Shown piece by piece: positions 60,426-64,000 of a DNA stretch of 64,000 nt. A program made the position numbers and the translations under genes. The stretch's first letter is position 1, and each line of letters starts with the position of its first letter. The notes below the pieces were generated by a model. The model saw nothing but the letters and a program-made list of their open reading frames with translations, searched no databases and had not been told where the DNA came from. This stretch comes from Armatimonadota bacterium (GTDB lineage Bacteria > Sysuimicrobiota > Sysuimicrobiia > Sysuimicrobiales > Humicultoraceae). The stretch covers positions 33,693 to 97,692 of the forward strand of contig JBBIOM010000001.1 in the NCBI GenBank assembly GCA_037443365.1. Direction: 5' to 3'.

Positions 60426-61645
60426 GAAAGATACCCGCTGTTGATCCTCACGTAGGATTCCGAGAGGTCGCAGGTCCAGCCCGTGAAGGAGCCGTCTCCC
60501 AGGCCAAGATCAATCGTCACGCGTACCTCGGGCGCCCTGACGAGGGGTTCGGCATCGGGATAGGCCTGAAGAATGCCCACGCCCCCTCGCACGACCCAGA
60601 CGCCGCCGATGGCGATGCCCAGGCGGTCGGGTGCGACCTGTGCGCCGCTGCGCCCCAGCGCCGCGGCGATCCTGCCCCAGTTGAGCTCGGCGCCGTGAAA
60701 CGCGGTCTTGACCAGGGGCGAGGTCATCACGGCCCCTGCCGCGCGGCGGGCGTCGGCGTCAGAGGCCGCCCCCGCCACCACCACCTCTATCACGCGCGTG
60801 GTCCCCTCGCCGTCCTTGACTATGAGCCGGGCGAGCCGGCCCGCCACCTCGGTCAGGCCGGCCCGGAAGGCCTCGAAGCGCGGGCTGCCTTCGGCCAGCG
60901 GGGAGATGCCGGCGGCGCCGTTGGCGAGCAGGAAGACGCTGTCGCTGGTGCTGGTGTCGCCGTCCACGCTGATGCAGTTGAAGGAGCGGTCCACGGCGCC
61001 ACGCAGCGCCACTCGGAGCGCACCCGCTCCCAGGGGAGCATCGGTCGTCATGACAGCGATCATTGTGGCCATGTTGGGGTGGATCATACCGGCACCCTTC
61101 GCGATCCCGCCGATTGTCGCGACCCCGTCGCCCAGGTCAACCTGAACGCCCGCGGTCTTGGGGAACGCGTCGGTGGTCATGATAGCGTGGGCCGCGGTCA
61201 TGCCATCCTGGCCTAGCGCCGCGACCAGCGCCGGGATCCCGGCGACGATGCGCTCGATCGGAAGCGGGCGGCCTATGACGCCGGTGCTGGCCACCACCAC
61301 CATGTCCTCGGGCACGCCCAGCGCGGCGGCCGCGGCCGCGGTCATGGCGAGCGCATCCGTATTCCCTTGGGGCCCGGTGCAGGCGTTGGAGTTGCCGCTG
61401 TTCACCAGCACCGCCTGCGCGCGCCCCGATGCGAGCCTGGATTCGCTGAGGGCGACCGGCGCCGAGCGCATCTTGTTCTGGGTGAACGTCCCGGCCGCCG
61501 CGGCCGGGAGATCAGAGACCACCAGCGCCAGGTCGGGCTGGCTGGCCTTGATGCCGCAGTGGATCCCGGCCGCCCGATAACCGCGCGGACTGGTCACGGT
61601 GCCGTCTATCGAGGTCACATGCTCGCCTGCCTGCATCGTGGTCAC
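60422..61645 (-). CDS. argJ: Glutamate N-acetyltransferase / ornithine acetyltransferase
   Basis: Motifs NSGNSNACTG, STGVIG, KGAGMIHPNMATM, DGDTST, DGEG, TCDL...YV.IN. Confidence 0.96.
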   Translation of the reverse strand: MTTMQAGEHVTSIDGTVTSPRGYRAAGIHCGIKASQPDLALVVSDLPAAAAGTFTQNKMRSAPVALSESRLASGRAQAVLVNSGNSNACTGPQGNTDALAMTAAAAAALGVPEDMVVVASTGVIGRPLPIERIVAGIPALVAALGQDGMTAAHAIMTTDAFPKTAGVQVDLGDGVATIGGIAKGAGMIHPNMATMIAVMTTDAPLGAGALRVALRGAVDRSFNCISVDGDTSTSDSVFLLANGAAGISPLAEGSPRFEAFRAGLTEVAGRLARLIVKDGEGTTRVIEVVVAGAASDADARRAAGAVMTSPLVKTAFHGAELNWGRIAAALGRSGAQVAPDRLGIAIGGVWVVRGGVGILQAYPDAEPLVRAPEVRVTIDLGLGDGSFTGWTCDLSESYVRINSGYLS

Positions 61646-61694
61646 GCTCCCGCAGCCGGCCGCATGGTCCGGCCGTGTGTCATCCCGGAACTGC

Positions 61695-62732
61695 CTAGGG
61701 ATAGAGAGGCGGCTCCCGCAGCCCTGCGTCCTCCGGGTAGCCGCACATCAGGTTCATGTTCTGAATCGCCTGGCCGGCGGCGCCCTTCACGAGATTGTCG
61801 AGCGCCGCCATTGCGATGACCGCGCCGGCGTGCGTGTCCACGCGCACGGCCACATCACAGTAGTTCGAACCGCAGGTGGCCTTGGTCTCGGGGATTCCGC
61901 CCGGCAGAACACGCACGAACGGCTCCGAGGCATAGGCGTCAACGAGGATCTGCTCGGCCTCCGCGGTGTCGAGCGCGCGCGCCGGCCGCATGTATACCGT
62001 GGCGAGGATGCCCCTGGTCATGGGGATGAGGTGCGGCGTGAAGACCACCGAGACAGGCGCGCCGGCGACTCCTGAGAGTTCCTGCTCGATCTCGGGTGTG
62101 TGTCTGTGTCCCACGACGTTGTACGGCCTCACGTTCTCGTTGACCTCGCTGAAGTGCGTACCCAGCGACGCGCCCCGCCCGGCCCCTGACACACCGGACT
62201 TGGCGTCCACGATGATGTCCCCGGGCTGCACAGCGGCGGCCTTGAGGAAGGGGGCAATGGCGATCAGCGCGGCCGTCGGGTAGCAGCCGGGGTTGCCTAC
62301 CACGCGGGACATCCTGATGCGGTCGCGGTGCAGCTCGGGCTGGCCGTAGGCCGCCTCGCCGAGCAGATCAGGGCAGGCATGCTCGGCCTTGTACCACCTG
62401 GCGTAGGTCGCCGGATCGCGGAACCTGAAGTCCGCGCCCAGGTCAATCACCTTCACGCGCGGGGGAAGCCTGGGGACCATTGTCATCGCGATCCCGTTGG
62501 GCAGCGCGATGAACACGACGTCGGAATCGGCGCCGATGGCCTCGAGGTCGGCTTCCTCTGTCGAGTGCGCCACGAACCCGCGCAGGTTGGGAAAGACCTC
62601 GCCGTAGGCCTCCAGCTTGCGGCTCTCCGCCGTCAGGTGGACGAGCGTCGCGCTGGGATGGCCGACCAGGAAGCGGACCAGCTCTCCGCCGCCGTATCCG
62701 GATGCGCCTATGATGCTGACTCGTGTCCCCAT
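61695..62732 (-). CDS. argC: N-acetyl-gamma-glutamyl-phosphate reductase
   Basis: Motifs IIGASGYGG, NPGCYPT, SGVSGAGR, HRH.PE, DNLVKGAAGQA. Start moved to ATG 62732. Confidence 0.96.
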   Translation of the reverse strand: MGTRVSIIGASGYGGGELVRFLVGHPSATLVHLTAESRKLEAYGEVFPNLRGFVAHSTEEADLEAIGADSDVVFIALPNGIAMTMVPRLPPRVKVIDLGADFRFRDPATYARWYKAEHACPDLLGEAAYGQPELHRDRIRMSRVVGNPGCYPTAALIAIAPFLKAAAVQPGDIIVDAKSGVSGAGRGASLGTHFSEVNENVRPYNVVGHRHTPEIEQELSGVAGAPVSVVFTPHLIPMTRGILATVYMRPARALDTAEAEQILVDAYASEPFVRVLPGGIPETKATCGSNYCDVAVRVDTHAGAVIAMAALDNLVKGAAGQAIQNMNLMCGYPEDAGLREPPLYP

Positions 62733-62767
62733 GTAATCTTTATACACCATGATGCATGAATGTGCAA
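62733..62767 (-). promoter_or_regulatory. arg operon promoter overlapped by tandem ARG boxes
   Basis: TTGCAC-17nt-TATAAA-6nt-ATG. Box cores TGCACATTCATGCA (62766-62753) and TGTATAAAGATTAC (62746-62733), 20-bp period. Confidence 0.8.
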
Positions 62768-62803
62768 GCCCCAGGTAGCAGGTTCTCGGGTGTCGGGAGG
62801 GCT

Positions 62804-63526
62804 TCAGGCCCTGGGGCGCAGCAGGCGCTCGTACAGCAGCATGGCGGCGGCAACCAGCCCGGCGGTCTCGGTGCGCAGGAGCAGCGCGCCGAGCGAGACG
62901 GTGTGCCCTCCCGCGGCGCGCGCCGCGGCGACGTCGGCCGGGGTGAGCCCGCCCTCGGGTCCGATCAAGATGGCGGCCGAGGAGAACGCGCATCCCGACG
63001 CCACCACGCCTATGGGACGCGCCTCATCCTCCCAGGGCACGACGAACAGGTCCACCGGGGCCAGGGCGGCCAGCGCCGCTTCAAGACGCGCAGGGGCGCA
63101 TATCTCGGGGCTGTCGGCCCGCCCGCACTGCCGGGCCGCCTCCAGCGCTACCCGGCGCCAGCGGTCGAGGCGCGACGAACCCGGCTCCGTCACCGTGCGG
63201 TCCGTCAGCACCGGGTGGATGCTCGACAGGCCTATCTCGGTGCCCATCCTCACGATCAGGTCCATCTTGGCGCCGCGCGGCACGCCCTGGAGCAGCGCGA
63301 TGTCCACCGGCCGCCGCGCCACGCAGGGCGCCGCTACGCGCCGGGCAACCACGCCGGACCGACCGGCCTCGACAATCTCCACCTCTGCCTCGCGCTGCCC
63401 GTCGAAGGCCACCAGCCTGGCGCCGGGCCGCAGCCGCAGCACCCTTGCGATGTGGTGGGCTTCGCGCGGCGCGAAGGCGAAGGACTCCTGATCGAGCGCC
63501 TGTGGCGGCGCGTAGAAGCGCCGCAT
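62804..63526 (-). CDS. rsmE: 16S rRNA m3U1498 methyltransferase
   Basis: Motifs HH..RVLRL, KMD.IV...TEIG, EAARQC.R, IGPEGG, LRTETA. ATG 63526. Confidence 0.95.
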   Translation of the reverse strand: MRRFYAPPQALDQESFAFAPREAHHIARVLRLRPGARLVAFDGQREAEVEIVEAGRSGVVARRVAAPCVARRPVDIALLQGVPRGAKMDLIVRMGTEIGLSSIHPVLTDRTVTEPGSSRLDRWRRVALEAARQCGRADSPEICAPARLEAALAALAPVDLFVVPWEDEARPIGVVASGCAFSSAAILIGPEGGLTPADVAAARAAGGHTVSLGALLLRTETAGLVAAAMLLYERLLRPRA

Positions 63527-64000
63527 CAGGACCTCCTCGCTACGCCGCGCACAGCGTGCACGGCGCACCAGCCCCGTAGCGCCTCTATCCTCCCCAAGCG
63601 CAGGCCGGCCGCCTTGACCAGGCGACTAACCTCCGCGACGCGCGCGCGGCCGAAGCCGCTCCCCACGAAGCGGCCGCCCGGAGCCAGGCACCGCACAACG
63701 TGGGGAAGGACTCCGACCAGAAGCTCGGCCGTGAGGTTCGCCACGATCAGGTCCGCGCGCAGACGCACGCGCCCCAGGCCCCGCGCCCGGCGCACCGTGA
63801 CGCTGTGCGCCACGCCGTTCGCGCGCGCGTTGGCCCGCGCCACGGAAGTGGCGATGGGATCGTCGTCTATCGCCAGCACGCGCCGCGCGCCCAGGCGGGC
63901 GGCCGCTATGCCCAGGATGCCTGAGCCGGTGCCCAGATCGAGCACCGTCTCCCCTCCCGTGACATGCCGCTCCACCGCGGCCAGGCAGAGCCGCGTCGTG
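63526..64000 (-). CDS. prmA: Ribosomal protein L11 methyltransferase, C-terminal part (truncated by the window edge)
   Basis: Motifs HTTRLCL-like start, VLDLGTGSGIL, D.DP.A...A..N...N, DLIVANL. Upstream of rsmE. Confidence 0.88.
   Translation of the reverse strand, partial: TTRLCLAAVERHVTGGETVLDLGTGSGILGIAAARLGARRVLAIDDDPIATSVARANARANGVAHSVTVRRARGLGRVRLRADLIVANLTAELLVGVLPHVVRCLAPGGRFVGSGFGRARVAEVSRLVKAAGLRLGRIEALRGWCAVHAVRGVARRS

Overview
64 kb of GC-rich bacterial core chromosome, almost all on the minus strand. I see no IS, integrase, prophage or CRISPR array. Contents in window order: (1) branched-chain amino acid ABC genes, proline dehydrogenase and a divergent Glu/Leu/Phe/Val dehydrogenase; (2) ftsEX-M23-S41-divergent polysaccharide deacetylase; (3) HEAT-cutA-Memo-surE; (4) a + strand purine-salvage unit (nuclease-fold hypothetical, hpt, nucleoside ABC, BMP); (5) tRNA-Gln(CUG) divergent from glnS; (6) LmeA-like-DUF5693-csaB-spoVS-prs-gltX; (7) hpf-secA-lnt-prfB, with the programmed +1 frameshift; (8) glyQS-ppdK-dgt-hppA; (9) phoH-HD-ybeY-dgkA-corC-DUF502-cdd-MgtE_N-NRMT-recO; (10) argCJBDGHR, rsmE, prmA. 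Gene order is Firmicutes-like, but lnt and a non-lipidated solute-binding protein suggest a diderm Terrabacteria host (inference; Armatimonadota/CSP1-3-like). Best new signals: seven intergenic copies of G(C/G)(A/G)GGA-N18-GAA(T/C/G), a sigma-H-like promoter, upstream of spoVS, hpf, ftsE, phoH, livK, the HEAT operon and the BMP gene; Lnt fused to a degenerate CAAX-protease (CPBP)-like domain; a Prs lacking the catalytic lysine; a GDH with three nicotinamide-site substitutions; a PgpH-type HD phosphodiesterase without its extracellular domain; a short structured glyQS leader; tandem ARG boxes over a leaderless argC promoter. Family assignments come from motif recognition by eye, not database searches.
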